Positions 51,414 through 60,805 of a stretch of 61,482 nt of DNA are shown here, piece by piece (positions within the stretch are counted from its first letter, which is position 1; each line of letters starts with the position of its first letter). Below the pieces are notes generated by a model. It searched no databases. It saw only the letters and a program-made list of their open reading frames with translations, and was not told the DNA's origin. Where the stretch lies: positions 1 to 61,482 of the forward strand of contig JABABT010000017.1 of NCBI GenBank assembly GCA_014238095.1. The letters run 5' to 3'. Source of the DNA: Candidatus Aenigmatarchaeota archaeon (GTDB lineage: Archaea; Aenigmatarchaeota; Aenigmatarchaeia; CG10238-14; SCSR01). Both the position numbers and the translations under genes were made by a program.

Positions 51414-51908
51414 ATGGTATTAAGTTTTTATAAACAAATTGCAAAAATATGGAAAAATCCTAAAGAAAATTTAGGTGAGGTTTTAAAAAATAGACTTATT
51501 CAATGGAGAAAAGAAAATACTATTGTTAAAGTTTCCAAACCTACACGTATTAATCGTGCTAGAAGTGTTGGTTATAAAGCAAAACAAGGATATGTTATTG
51601 CACGTGTAAAAATTGGTAAGGGTGGTAGAAGACGTAAATATTATGGTCGTAGAGGAAGAAAGCCTTCTAAAATGGGTTTAACACATTTTACACATGGAAA
51701 ATCTCTTCAGAAAATATCAGAAGAAAAAGCTCAGAGAAGATTTATGAATACAAATGTTTTAGGTTCTTATTTGGCAGGAGAAGATGGTCAACATAAATGG
51801 TTTGAAATTATTATGGTAGATACTAGTCACAAAAATATTATAAAAAATAAATCAACTAGATGGGTTACTTTTGCTTCTAACAAAAAAAAGTCTTTAAGAA
51901 CTAATTGA
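51414..51908 (+). CDS. rpl15e: 50S ribosomal protein L15e (short C-terminus)
   Basis: PTRINRARSVGYKAKQG, EDGQHKWFEIIMVD. Confidence 0.95.
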   Translation: MVLSFYKQIAKIWKNPKENLGEVLKNRLIQWRKENTIVKVSKPTRINRARSVGYKAKQGYVIARVKIGKGGRRRKYYGRRGRKPSKMGLTHFTHGKSLQKISEEKAQRRFMNTNVLGSYLAGEDGQHKWFEIIMVDTSHKNIIKNKSTRWVTFASNKKKSLRTN

Positions 51909-51937
51909 GTTTTAAACTAGTTATTCTAAATAATAAT

Positions 51938-52651
51938 ATGAAATTTCATGATTTACATGTACATTCTGTTTTTTCTTTCGGTGAAAGTAACTTAGAACAA
52001 TTAGCAAAAACTTTTAAAGAACTTGGTTATTCTAGTTTTTGTTATTCTTTTTATTATGAAAATCTTGATCAAATAAAAAAAATTAGAGAATTAATTGAAA
52101 AAATAAGAAATAAAGTTTCAATTAAAATATATTTGGGACTTGAAGCTAGAAATGAAAAAGAAATTGAAAAAATTAAATTAATACGTAAAAAAATTGATGT
52201 TTTTTTGGTTAGTGGGGGTAATCTTAGTGTTAATAGAAAAGCTGTTGAAACACCAGAAGTGGATATATTAACACATCCTGAAAATAATAGAAATGATCCT
52301 GGATTAAATGATGTTCTTTTAAAATTTGCTGCTAAAAATAATGTTGCTATTGAAATTAATTTTAGAGAAATATTAAATTCAAGTAAAAAAAATCGTGCTA
52401 AAATTTTGTCTAATATGTTTCATAATATTAGAATCGCAAAAAAATTCAAAACTCCAATAATAGTTTCATCAGGAGCATTATCACATTTTGAAATAAAAGA
52501 TCCTCTTGTACTTACTTCATTAATTAATTTTCTTGGTTTGGAAATTGATAAAGCTAAAGAAACTTTATCAAAAATACCTGAAAATATTTTAAAAGAATCA
52601 AAAAAACGTATAAGTGATAAATGGATTATTCCTGGAGTTGAAATTAAATGA
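51938..52651 (+). CDS. rnp3: RNase P protein Rpp30 (component 3)
   Basis: DLHVH PHP-like start, NRKAVE..VDIL.HP, NVAIEINF, SSGA; ATG at 51938. Confidence 0.9.
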   Translation: MKFHDLHVHSVFSFGESNLEQLAKTFKELGYSSFCYSFYYENLDQIKKIRELIEKIRNKVSIKIYLGLEARNEKEIEKIKLIRKKIDVFLVSGGNLSVNRKAVETPEVDILTHPENNRNDPGLNDVLLKFAAKNNVAIEINFREILNSSKKNRAKILSNMFHNIRIAKKFKTPIIVSSGALSHFEIKDPLVLTSLINFLGLEIDKAKETLSKIPENILKESKKRISDKWIIPGVEIK

Positions 52652-52995
52652 ATCAAAAAAAGAAATTAAAAATTTTAATACCTTCTATGAGAGAAAGAGA
52701 TAGATATATTTATTTTAAAATTATTTCTGAAAATAAAATTTCGTTTTATGATTTGGAAAATGGTATAATAAATACCATTTTAGGATTTTATGGGGAAAGT
52801 GGATTTAGTAAAATGTCTTTTTGGTTAATTAGAAATTTATGGGGTGAAGATAATTGTGGTGTTATAAAATGTAATAATAATTCTGTTTCTAAAATAATTT
52901 TGGGATTGGGTTTACTTCCAAGACTTGGAGATAGTAGAATAATTATTGATATAAATAAAATTTCTGGAACTATTAAAGGTCTAAAAATAAAATAA
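52648..52995 (+). CDS. rnp2: RNase P protein Pop5/Rpp14 (component 2)
   Basis: PSMRERDRYIYF, SGTIK. Confidence 0.9.
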   Translation: MNQKKKLKILIPSMRERDRYIYFKIISENKISFYDLENGIINTILGFYGESGFSKMSFWLIRNLWGEDNCGVIKCNNNSVSKIILGLGLLPRLGDSRIIIDINKISGTIKGLKIK

Positions 52996-53072
52996 TAATA
53001 AAGTATTTTTTTATAATAAAATGTAATAGAAAAACAATATAAATAGTCAAAATGAATTCATTATAGGTTTTT

Positions 53073-53771
53073 ATGGTTGAACAAATGCCAGAATATATGG
53101 GATATGATCGTACAATAGCTGTATTTAGTCCTGATGGAAGATTATTTCAAGTAGAATATGCAAAAGAAGCAGTTAAGAGAGGTTCAACAACAGTTGGTAT
53201 TGTTTTTAAAGATGGTGTTTTATTAGTAAGTACTAAATTAGCAAGTGGTATGATGGTTTCTTCATCATCTGAAAAAATATTTGAAATTGATAATCATATT
53301 GCAGCAAGTGCTTCTGGTTTACTTGCTGATGCTAGAGTATTAATAAATCAAGCTAGAGTAAAATCACAAATTCATAAAATAACTTATGAGGAACCTATTG
53401 ATACATGGAATGTTGCACATATTATTGGAGATAAAATGCAAATTTCAACATTATATGCAGGATTAAGACCTTATGGTGTTTCATTTTTAGTAGCTGGTGT
53501 AGATTCTACAGGATCTCATTTAATTGAATCTGATCCATCTGGTATGCTTTATGAATGGAAATGTTATTCTATAGGAAGAGGTGCACAAATTGCAAACAAA
53601 ATTTTAAAACAGAAATGGAAAAATAATATGGATAAAAAAACTGCAATATCTTTAGGAATTGAAGTTATGAAAAAATGTGAAAAAGATAGAAAACAAATTG
53701 ATATTGTACTTGTTACATCTAAAAATAAATTTAAAAGAATTAGTGAAGAAGAATTAAGAAAAGTAAAATAA
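53073..53771 (+). CDS. psmA: Proteasome subunit alpha
   Basis: GYDRTIAVFSPDGRLFQVEYA, SGLLADAR, RPYGVS, DPSG. Confidence 0.96.
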   Translation: MVEQMPEYMGYDRTIAVFSPDGRLFQVEYAKEAVKRGSTTVGIVFKDGVLLVSTKLASGMMVSSSSEKIFEIDNHIAASASGLLADARVLINQARVKSQIHKITYEEPIDTWNVAHIIGDKMQISTLYAGLRPYGVSFLVAGVDSTGSHLIESDPSGMLYEWKCYSIGRGAQIANKILKQKWKNNMDKKTAISLGIEVMKKCEKDRKQIDIVLVTSKNKFKRISEEELRKVK

Positions 53772-53916
53772 ATTTTTATTCTAAAGGTACTTTTAATACA
53801 AATTTATACTTAACAAAAGTTTTATAAATCTAGTTTTTTATTTATGTTTTTGTAGAAAGAGAAAGATTAAATAATTTAGAATTATGAATTCTCTAACTCA
53901 AAATTTAGGTAAAATT

Positions 53917-54627
53917 ATGTCAATTGGAATAGATAAAGCAGTTGTAGGAAGACTTAAAATACAAGGTCAAAAATTTGAGATATTGGTAGATCCAAATAAA
54001 GTTTTAGAATTTAAAAATGGGAAGAAACATAACATATCTGATATGTTGGCATATCCTGTTATCTATAAAGATGCTGGAACAACAGAAGAGGTAGCACAAG
54101 ATGATGTAAAATTTGCTTTTGGAACAAATGATGTATTAAAAGCAGCAGAAAAGATAATTCGTGATGGTGATATTCAACTTACAACAGATCAAAGGAGAAA
54201 AATGACTAATCAGAAAAAAATACAAATTGCATCAATTATTTCAAAGAAGGGTATAAATCCACAAACAAACACACCACATCCACCAACAAGAATTGAAGGT
54301 TGTATTGATCAAATTGGTGTTAAGATAGATCCTTTTAAAAGTGCTGAAAGTCAGATTGATGAAATTGTTTCTAAAATAAAAACTATTATACCAATTAAAT
54401 TCGAAAAAATATTACTTAAATTAAAAATTTCGGGAGAACATGCTGGTAGAGCATTTCCGATAATTAAACAGATGGGAAGTTTGAAAAATGAAAAATGGTT
54501 GGATGATGGAAGTCTTCAAACAGAAGTTGAAATACTTGCTGGTATACATGAAGAATTCCTTCAGAAAATTTCAAATATATCAAAAGGTGAATATGAATCT
54601 ACTATAATTAAAGAAATGGAGATATAA
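53917..54627 (+). CDS. Ribosome maturation factor SBDS/Sdo1
   Basis: FEILVDP, IQLTTDQRR, NPQTNTPHPPTRIE; start MSIGIDKAV after AGGT SD. Confidence 0.93.
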   Translation: MSIGIDKAVVGRLKIQGQKFEILVDPNKVLEFKNGKKHNISDMLAYPVIYKDAGTTEEVAQDDVKFAFGTNDVLKAAEKIIRDGDIQLTTDQRRKMTNQKKIQIASIISKKGINPQTNTPHPPTRIEGCIDQIGVKIDPFKSAESQIDEIVSKIKTIIPIKFEKILLKLKISGEHAGRAFPIIKQMGSLKNEKWLDDGSLQTEVEILAGIHEEFLQKISNISKGEYESTIIKEMEI

Positions 54628-54628
54628 T

Positions 54629-55300
54629 ATGGAAAAATTAAAAATAGAAACTAGAATAGTAATACCTGGAGAATTTATAGATGAATTAGGAAATAAAGAA
54701 ACTGGGTTAGGAACTTATATTAAAAATAATAAAATATATTCTGAAGTTATAGGTATACTTCGTAATGGAGAATCTGAAGTTTCTGTTATACCATTAAATT
54801 GTAAATACATTCCAAAACATGGAGATAGAATAATTGGAAAAGTGAAAAGTATAGAAATGTCTGGATGGATGATTGATATTAATTCTCCATATATAGGATT
54901 TTTACCAGTTTCAGAAGGTGTTGAAGAATTTGTTGATAATAGAACAGATATTAGTCAATTTTTCAATTTAGGAGACATAATATTATGTCGTGTTTCTCGT
55001 GTAACAAATAACAAATCAACACAATGTTCAATGAAAGATAATTTAGCTAGGAAACTTGTTGATGGAGTTATAATTAAAGTAACTCCAAGTAAAATACCAA
55101 GAATAATTGGAAAATCTGGAAGTATGATTAATTTAATTAAAGAAAAAACTGGAACAGATATTTTTACTGGTCAAAATGGAATTGTTTGGATTGGTGGAAA
55201 AAATTCTGATACAGCAATAAAAGCAATAGAATTAATAAATAAATAATCTCATACTAAAGGTTTAACTGAAAAAGTTGAAACAATATTAGGAGGAAATTAA
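54629..55300 (+). CDS. rrp4: Exosome RNA-binding protein Rrp4, interrupted by in-frame TAA at 55244-55246
   Basis: VIPGE, YIPKHGD..IG, KIPRIIGKSGSM, GQNGIVW; continues AIELINK*SHTKGLTEKVETILGGN* and ends 1 nt before rrp41. Confidence 0.93.
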
Positions 55301-55301
55301 A

Positions 55302-56018
55302 ATGGGAGGAAAATCTGATATAAAATTAATTGATAATGGAAAAAGAATTGATGGAAGAAGTTTAGATGATACTAGAAATGTGAAAATAGATATGGATATT
55401 ATTAATGTTGCTGATGGTTCTGCAAGAGTAGAATTTGGAAATACTATTGCACTTTCTTCTGTATATGGACCTAGAGAATTATTTCCAAGATTTATGCAAA
55501 AACCAAATACAGGAATATTAAGGGCTAAATACAATATGGCTCCTTTTTCTGTAGATGATAGAAAAAGACCTGGATTAGATAGAAGAAGTCAAGAAATTTC
55601 AAAAGTTATGGTAAATGCTATTGAACCTATGCTTTTTTTGGAAGACTATCCTAAATCTGTTGTTGATGTTTTTGTTGAAATTATACAAGCAGATGGTTCA
55701 ACAAGAGTAACTGGAATTAATGCAGCATCTATTGCTATTGCTGCAGCTGGTATACCTATGAGAAATATTGTAACATCATGTTCAGTTGGAAAAATTGAAG
55801 ATAGTCTTGTTGTAGATCTTGATGGAAAAGAAGATAATTTTGGAAGTTGTGATCTTGCTATTGCAATGGCAACTGAAACAAGAGAAATAACTTTACTTCA
55901 AATGGATGGTGCAGTCTCAAAAGATGAATTGAAAAGTCTTCTTGAGAAAGCTGAAAATACATGTAAGAAAATTTTTGAAAAACAAAAAGAAGCTTTGAGG
56001 AATTTATATAAAAAGTGA
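55302..56018 (+). CDS. rrp41: Exosome exonuclease Rrp41
   Basis: RIDGR, ADGSA, YGPRE, MAPFSVDDRK, QADGSTR, LQMDG. Confidence 0.95.
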   Translation: MGGKSDIKLIDNGKRIDGRSLDDTRNVKIDMDIINVADGSARVEFGNTIALSSVYGPRELFPRFMQKPNTGILRAKYNMAPFSVDDRKRPGLDRRSQEISKVMVNAIEPMLFLEDYPKSVVDVFVEIIQADGSTRVTGINAASIAIAAAGIPMRNIVTSCSVGKIEDSLVVDLDGKEDNFGSCDLAIAMATETREITLLQMDGAVSKDELKSLLEKAENTCKKIFEKQKEALRNLYKK

Positions 56019-56022
56019 TAAT

Positions 56023-56787
56023 ATGATAGAAACAAATTCAGAGAAAAAAATTAAAGATAATAAAAGATTAGATGGAAGAAGTTTACTTGATTTTAGAAAA
56101 ATTAATGTTGAAACAGATGTTATTAATAAAGCTCAAGGGTCTGCTCATGTTAGAATAGGAAACACTCAAGTTATTGTAGGAGTTAAATTAGCAATTGGAG
56201 AACCTTATGCTGATTCAATTGGTCAAGGAAATCTAATGTGTAGTGCTGAATTTACACCAATGTCTTCACCTAATTTTGAATCAGGTCCACCAAGTCCAAA
56301 TTCTATAGAACTTGCAAGAGTAATTGATAGAGGTATAAGAGAATCAAAATCAATTAATTTAGAAAACCTTTCAATTGATGAAAAACATGTTTGGACTGTT
56401 TTTGTCGATATACATATAATTAGTCATGATGGTAATTTAATGGATGCTGCAGCACTTGCTGCAATATCTGCTTTAAAAACTGCTAAAATACCTAAAATTG
56501 ACAAAGAAAAAATGCAAGTTATTGTTGGTGAATATGAAGGAAATATTCCTATAGATCATGTTCCAATAAATGTTACTGTATGTAAAATTGGAGATAAAAC
56601 AATTTTAGATCCTACTTCAGTTGAAGAAGAATTAATTGATGCAAAACTTTCAATATCTGTACGTGAAGATGATAAAATTTGTGCTTTACAAAAACAAGGA
56701 AAAGAAGGAATACTTATGGAAGAAATTGAAAAAATGATTGATTTAGCAATTTCAAAATCAAATGAAATAAGAAAAATGGTGAATTAA
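56023..56787 (+). CDS. rrp42: Exosome subunit Rrp42
   Basis: RLDGR, AQGSA, FESGPP, ELARVIDRGIRES, DGNLMDA. Confidence 0.95.
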   Translation: MIETNSEKKIKDNKRLDGRSLLDFRKINVETDVINKAQGSAHVRIGNTQVIVGVKLAIGEPYADSIGQGNLMCSAEFTPMSSPNFESGPPSPNSIELARVIDRGIRESKSINLENLSIDEKHVWTVFVDIHIISHDGNLMDAAALAAISALKTAKIPKIDKEKMQVIVGEYEGNIPIDHVPINVTVCKIGDKTILDPTSVEEELIDAKLSISVREDDKICALQKQGKEGILMEEIEKMIDLAISKSNEIRKMVN

Positions 56788-56955
56788 ATGGCAATACATC
56801 ATATAACTAAAAAAATAAAATTAATAAAAATTGCTGGGTATAAAAATGCTCCTAGATTGGCAGATATTAAAAAATTTGGTCTTAAAAGAGCAAGAAGTAG
56901 AAGAATTAATGTTGGTAAAATTAAAAAATGGAGAAAAACTAGACTTAGAATTTAA
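56788..56955 (+). CDS. rpl39e: 50S ribosomal protein L39e, not in ORF track
   Basis: Manual translation MAIHHITKKIKLIKIAGYKNAPRLADIKKFGLKRARSRRINVGKIKKWRKTRLRI*; basic, WRK.RL end; precedes rpl31e. Confidence 0.85.
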   Translation: MAIHHITKKIKLIKIAGYKNAPRLADIKKFGLKRARSRRINVGKIKKWRKTRLRI

Positions 56956-56969
56956 TTGGTGTATATAAT

Positions 56970-57230
56970 ATGGAAGAAGAAAAAACATTAACATTTAATA
57001 TTAAAAAAGAAGTTTTGAAAAATCCTAAATGGAAAAGAAGTTCAAATACAATTGCAATTTTAAAAAGAAAATTAATGAAATTTACTTCTGATAGAAAAAC
57101 ATCAAGTGTAAAAATTGATGCTAGAATTAATCATAAAATATGGGCTAGAGGTGCTAAAAACCCATTTACAAAAATTAAACTAAGAATAAGAAATATAAAA
57201 GATGGGAAAATAAAAGCTGAATTGGTGTAA
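56970..57230 (+). CDS. rpl31e: 50S ribosomal protein L31e
   Basis: PKWKRS, VKID..IN..IWARG. Confidence 0.92.
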   Translation: MEEEKTLTFNIKKEVLKNPKWKRSSNTIAILKRKLMKFTSDRKTSSVKIDARINHKIWARGAKNPFTKIKLRIRNIKDGKIKAELV

Positions 57231-57234
57231 ATGT

Positions 57235-57912
57235 ATGAAGATTCTTCAAACTGATTTTTTTGGAGATTCAAATATAGGTATATTTTCAAAAGTTTCAGAT
57301 AAATTTTTAATTATTGGTAATACTATACAAGATAAAGAGATAAATGATATAAGTAAAATTTTAAAAACCGAAATTTTAAAAACAACAATTTCAAATTCAG
57401 AAATAATTGGTATTTTTTCCGTGATAAATTCAAATGGGATAATTCTTCCAAGAATTGTAACAGATTCTGAATTAAAATCTTTTAAATCTTTTGGGAAAGA
57501 GAATGATATAAATATTGGTGTTATAAATTCTGTACATACATCTGTTGGTAATACAATTTTATGTAATGATAAAGGTGCTATTGTAAGTAAATTAATATCA
57601 TCAAATGATTGTAAGATAATTAAGGATTGTCTTTCTGTTGAAATTGATAATTCAACAATTGCTAACCTTAATAGTGTAGGTTCTTGTGGTATAGCAACAA
57701 ATGAAGGATGTGTTATTCATAGAGATTCTGAAGAAGAAGAAATTAATAAAGTTCAAGAAATACTTCATGTTGAAACAAATATAGGAACAGCTAATTTTGG
57801 ATCACCATTTATTGGAAGTTGTGTTATTGGTAACTCAAATGCTATAGTTGTTGGTAATGGTACAACTGGTCCGGAAATAACAAGAATTATGGAAACATTT
57901 AATTTAATTTGA
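57235..57912 (+). CDS. eif6: Translation initiation factor aIF6
   Basis: [36 protein letters not shown]. Confidence 0.94.
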   Translation: MKILQTDFFGDSNIGIFSKVSDKFLIIGNTIQDKEINDISKILKTEILKTTISNSEIIGIFSVINSNGIILPRIVTDSELKSFKSFGKENDINIGVINSVHTSVGNTILCNDKGAIVSKLISSNDCKIIKDCLSVEIDNSTIANLNSVGSCGIATNEGCVIHRDSEEEEINKVQEILHVETNIGTANFGSPFIGSCVIGNSNAIVVGNGTTGPEITRIMETFNLI

Positions 57913-58068
57913 TTTTTTTTCATTATCAAATATTGTCATATGACATTTTCCACAATATGATCTAGAATTATTTTTGTGTTGTGCCATATATACACCATCT
58001 CCACATCTAGGACAATTTTTATTTCCAGATTTTATTAAATCACTTGCTTTTATCGATTTGTGTTTCAT
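57904..58068 (-). CDS. rps27ae: 30S ribosomal protein S27ae (eS31), not in ORF track
   Basis: Manual translation [54 protein letters not shown]. Confidence 0.93.
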   Translation of the reverse strand: MKHKSIKASDLIKSGNKNCPRCGDGVYMAQHKNNSRSYCGKCHMTIFDNEKKSN

Positions 58069-58327
58069 TTTTATTTTCCTCTTGTTTTTTCTCTTCTATT
58101 TTTGGTTTTTCATTTAAAATATTAATTTTTGCTATTGATTCTGTAATTCCTTTTTTTGTTGAAATAAAATTAATTATTATTTGTGATTCATCGACTCTAT
58201 TGGTTGTTGCTAATTCTTTCTTTAAATCTTTTTTTGATGGTGTTGTTTTATCATGTTTTATTAAAAGTGTAAAATCTTTTCTATTTAACAATAAATTATC
58301 TTTTTTTTCAATAATATCTATTTTCAT
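58040..58327 (-). CDS. rps24e: 30S ribosomal protein S24e
   Basis: [14 protein letters not shown]; synteny spt4-S24e-S27ae. Confidence 0.88.
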   Translation of the reverse strand: MKIDIIEKKDNLLLNRKDFTLLIKHDKTTPSKKDLKKELATTNRVDESQIIINFISTKKGITESIAKINILNEKPKIEEKKQEENKNETQIDKSK

Positions 58328-58331
58328 TTAA

Positions 58332-58520
58332 TCACTCAACATATAAAGCATATTTACCTTCTTCGTTAATATTTAATTTTCTAGCAACTTCACCTTCTGT
58401 ATTTAATATGAAAACTATACCTTTCCAAGTAACTGACATATTATTTGATTTACAAATAGGACATGCTTTTTCAATTGTAAATCTTTTACAGTTTCTACAA
58501 ACTTTGTTTTTTTTTGCCAT
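58332..58520 (-). CDS. spt4: Transcription elongation factor Spt4 (RpoE'')
   Basis: CRNCK..CPIC..WKG..VARKLNI..GKYAL. Confidence 0.93.
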   Translation of the reverse strand: MAKKNKVCRNCKRFTIEKACPICKSNNMSVTWKGIVFILNTEGEVARKLNINEEGKYALYVE

Positions 58521-59107
58521 TATTTTTTAGCACCTGATTTTTTTCCTGTTTGTTTTCCCATTTTTTTCGCTCTTGTTATTCTATCATCTTCAATCCAAGA
58601 AATGGATCCTAGACCAGATTGTCTCATTGTTAAACCAATTTTATTTTCATCTGTGAACGAAATTGAAATTATTCTTGCACGAACCCTATCCCCTTTCTTT
58701 AATATACGTTTTGATTCTTTACCCAAAAATACTTCAGATCTACCATCATAACTTACATAATCATCCATTAATTGAGAAATATGAACAAGTCCATCCATTG
58801 GACCAATTCTAACAAATGCACCAAATTCTGTGTTATCAATTACTTCTCCATAAACTGTTTCATGTAATTCTGGTTTAAATGCTAAAATTTTGAAAGTTGT
58901 AGTATAATGAATTCCTGGATCACCTGCAAATATTCTACCTTCACCAATTGTATCAACATTAATAATAGAAAGAACAACACCTATTTTTGAATCTAAAAAG
59001 GATTCATATTTATCACAAATAGCTGCTTTTATAGCATCTTTTTTCTTAGATGAAAATTTATCAGGTGCAACTCTTATTTTATCTTCAATTGTTAAAATTT
59101 TGTACAT
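58520..59107 (-). CDS. rpo7: RNA polymerase subunit Rpo7 (RpoE')
   Basis: FKPELHE, EFGAFVRIGPMDGLVHISQ, IGLTMRQ.GLG. Confidence 0.96.
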   Translation of the reverse strand: MYKILTIEDKIRVAPDKFSSKKKDAIKAAICDKYESFLDSKIGVVLSIINVDTIGEGRIFAGDPGIHYTTTFKILAFKPELHETVYGEVIDNTEFGAFVRIGPMDGLVHISQLMDDYVSYDGRSEVFLGKESKRILKKGDRVRARIISISFTDENKIGLTMRQSGLGSISWIEDDRITRAKKMGKQTGKKSGAKK

Positions 59108-59172
59108 TTTTTACTCTCCAAATAATTATTTCTATTTGTTAATTTCAATAGCATTATTTATATAGATTTAGT

Positions 59173-59703
59173 TTATTGGTATTTTTCCTTGTATATTTTA
59201 ATAGAATTCATTATATATTTTTTTGCCTCTTCTTTTCCATCAAATCCAGTAACTTCTACCTTCTTTCCTTCCTTTATTTTATAATTTTCAAACCATTTTT
59301 TCATTTTATCAAGTTCTGATTTATCTAAATCATTTATATCATTAATATCTTTTTTTGTATGATCTTTTACTGGAACACAGATTATTTTATCATCTTTATC
59401 TCCATCATCAATCATATGCATAATTCCAATAGGTCTAGAATTGACCATTACACCTACTGTTGTTGGTTCATCAATAAGTAATATACCATCAGCAGGATCA
59501 CCATCATCTGCTAAAGTTTGTGGAATCAATCCATAATCCCATTCATATTTGAAAGGTTCATGTAATACTCTATCAAGAACTATTACACCAGTTTTATGAT
59601 CAAGTTCAAATTTATTTTGAGAACCTTTAATTATTTCTATTATTATTGATATTTCTTCTGGTGGGTTTTTTCCAGATGGTAATTCTTTCCAAATATTTTG
59701 CAT
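59173..59703 (-). CDS. ppa: Family I inorganic pyrophosphatase
   Basis: YGLIPQT..DDGDPAD, MIDDGDKDDKII, FENYK..EGK. Confidence 0.95.
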   Translation of the reverse strand: MQNIWKELPSGKNPPEEISIIIEIIKGSQNKFELDHKTGVIVLDRVLHEPFKYEWDYGLIPQTLADDGDPADGILLIDEPTTVGVMVNSRPIGIMHMIDDGDKDDKIICVPVKDHTKKDINDINDLDKSELDKMKKWFENYKIKEGKKVEVTGFDGKEEAKKYIMNSIKIYKEKYQ

Positions 59704-59708
59704 TTTAA

Positions 59709-60074
59709 TCACTCTATAAATATTTTTTTACATCCACGTAGATATATACTTTTCAATTCTTTTCTTTTTAATCTTCTTCTTAAATTTGAATCATTAGTTG
59801 CTATAATATTATCTTTATTTGAAATTTTAACAAGTATATCATCTGCTAATCCTTTTTCTGTTTCTATAATTTCAAAATTTTCAATTATTTTAAGTGCAAC
59901 CATTGCATATTTACTATCTTTTTGTGTTCTTCTACCTGCTATACTTTTTAATTCTTTTATTACTTGATTTATTGTTGTTAATTTTGAATTTGGTATTAAA
60001 TAATTAAGATTTTCTATTGGTATTTTGAATCTTAATAAATCAATTATAAAATTTGTATCTATAATTATTTTCAT
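59709..60074 (-). CDS. PIN-domain protein (Fcf1/Utp23-like, COG1412)
   Basis: IIIDTNF, V..EL, ADD, IATND..LRRR. Confidence 0.85.
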   Translation of the reverse strand: MKIIIDTNFIIDLLRFKIPIENLNYLIPNSKLTTINQVIKELKSIAGRRTQKDSKYAMVALKIIENFEIIETEKGLADDILVKISNKDNIIATNDSNLRRRLKRKELKSIYLRGCKKIFIE

Positions 60075-60135
60075 ATTTATAATTTATATTCCTTATTAAA
60101 AATAAATTAACATTACATATAATTAATATTTTTTT

Positions 60136-60684
60136 TTAAAAATTACCATGTTTAGCTATTGGGAAATCTTTAATTGAAGTATTTGTAATATTTTGAATAG
60201 ATTTGTTTCTTGGTTTAATTTTATCTAATTCTGAATTAGAAATATTACATTTATAGATGAAACAATCTCTTATTTTAGAAAGATCAACAAAAGTTTCTGA
60301 TAATCTTGAATTATCAATATCAGAACTTATTATTTGATTTTTTTTATAGAATGAAGATATTAATGAATTATATAATTTTGATGATTTTACTTCTATTTTG
60401 TTGGAAACTTCTGATTTACCATAAATAATGGAATTATAACAAATTGCTCCTTTAATTATTTTGGAATTATCTTCTATTTTAGTTTTAAATCCATATACTA
60501 AAGAATCTTTATCAATCCATGCTTCATTATATTGAGATAAATTTTTTGAATATTCAATATAACCTCCTTCTTCTCCACGTTTTATATTACCAAAATCTTT
60601 GATAGCTTTAATTTTATGAAGAATATGTCCTTTATATTCTTTAATTTTTTCTCTTTGTATAATATATTTAAATTCATTTTCCAT
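60136..60684 (-). CDS. YdcK-like/phage-associated beta-helix repeat protein
   Basis: LHKIKAIKDFGNIKRGEEGGYIE..NLSQ..AWI N-terminal motif followed by short S/N-rich repeats. Confidence 0.65.
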   Translation of the reverse strand: MENEFKYIIQREKIKEYKGHILHKIKAIKDFGNIKRGEEGGYIEYSKNLSQYNEAWIDKDSLVYGFKTKIEDNSKIIKGAICYNSIIYGKSEVSNKIEVKSSKLYNSLISSFYKKNQIISSDIDNSRLSETFVDLSKIRDCFIYKCNISNSELDKIKPRNKSIQNITNTSIKDFPIAKHGNF

Positions 60685-60805
60685 AAATTTAATTAACAAT
60701 TAAGATTTAAATTCTTAATTTTTCATAAAATAATATTTTTATGTTTAATTTCCATAGAATTTGTAATTATAGAATGTTTATATAGTAAAAATTCAAATGT
60801 AATGT

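Noticed and set aside
3760..59967. Short antisense or nested ORFs in the track (e.g. 3760-4026, 4621-4887, 11183-11380, 23762-23986, 33888-34184, 37309-37608, 41419-41757, 47085-47381, 55286-55534, 58044-58331, 59698-59967)
   Set aside because: They lie opposite or within well-supported genes and show no motifs; shadow ORFs
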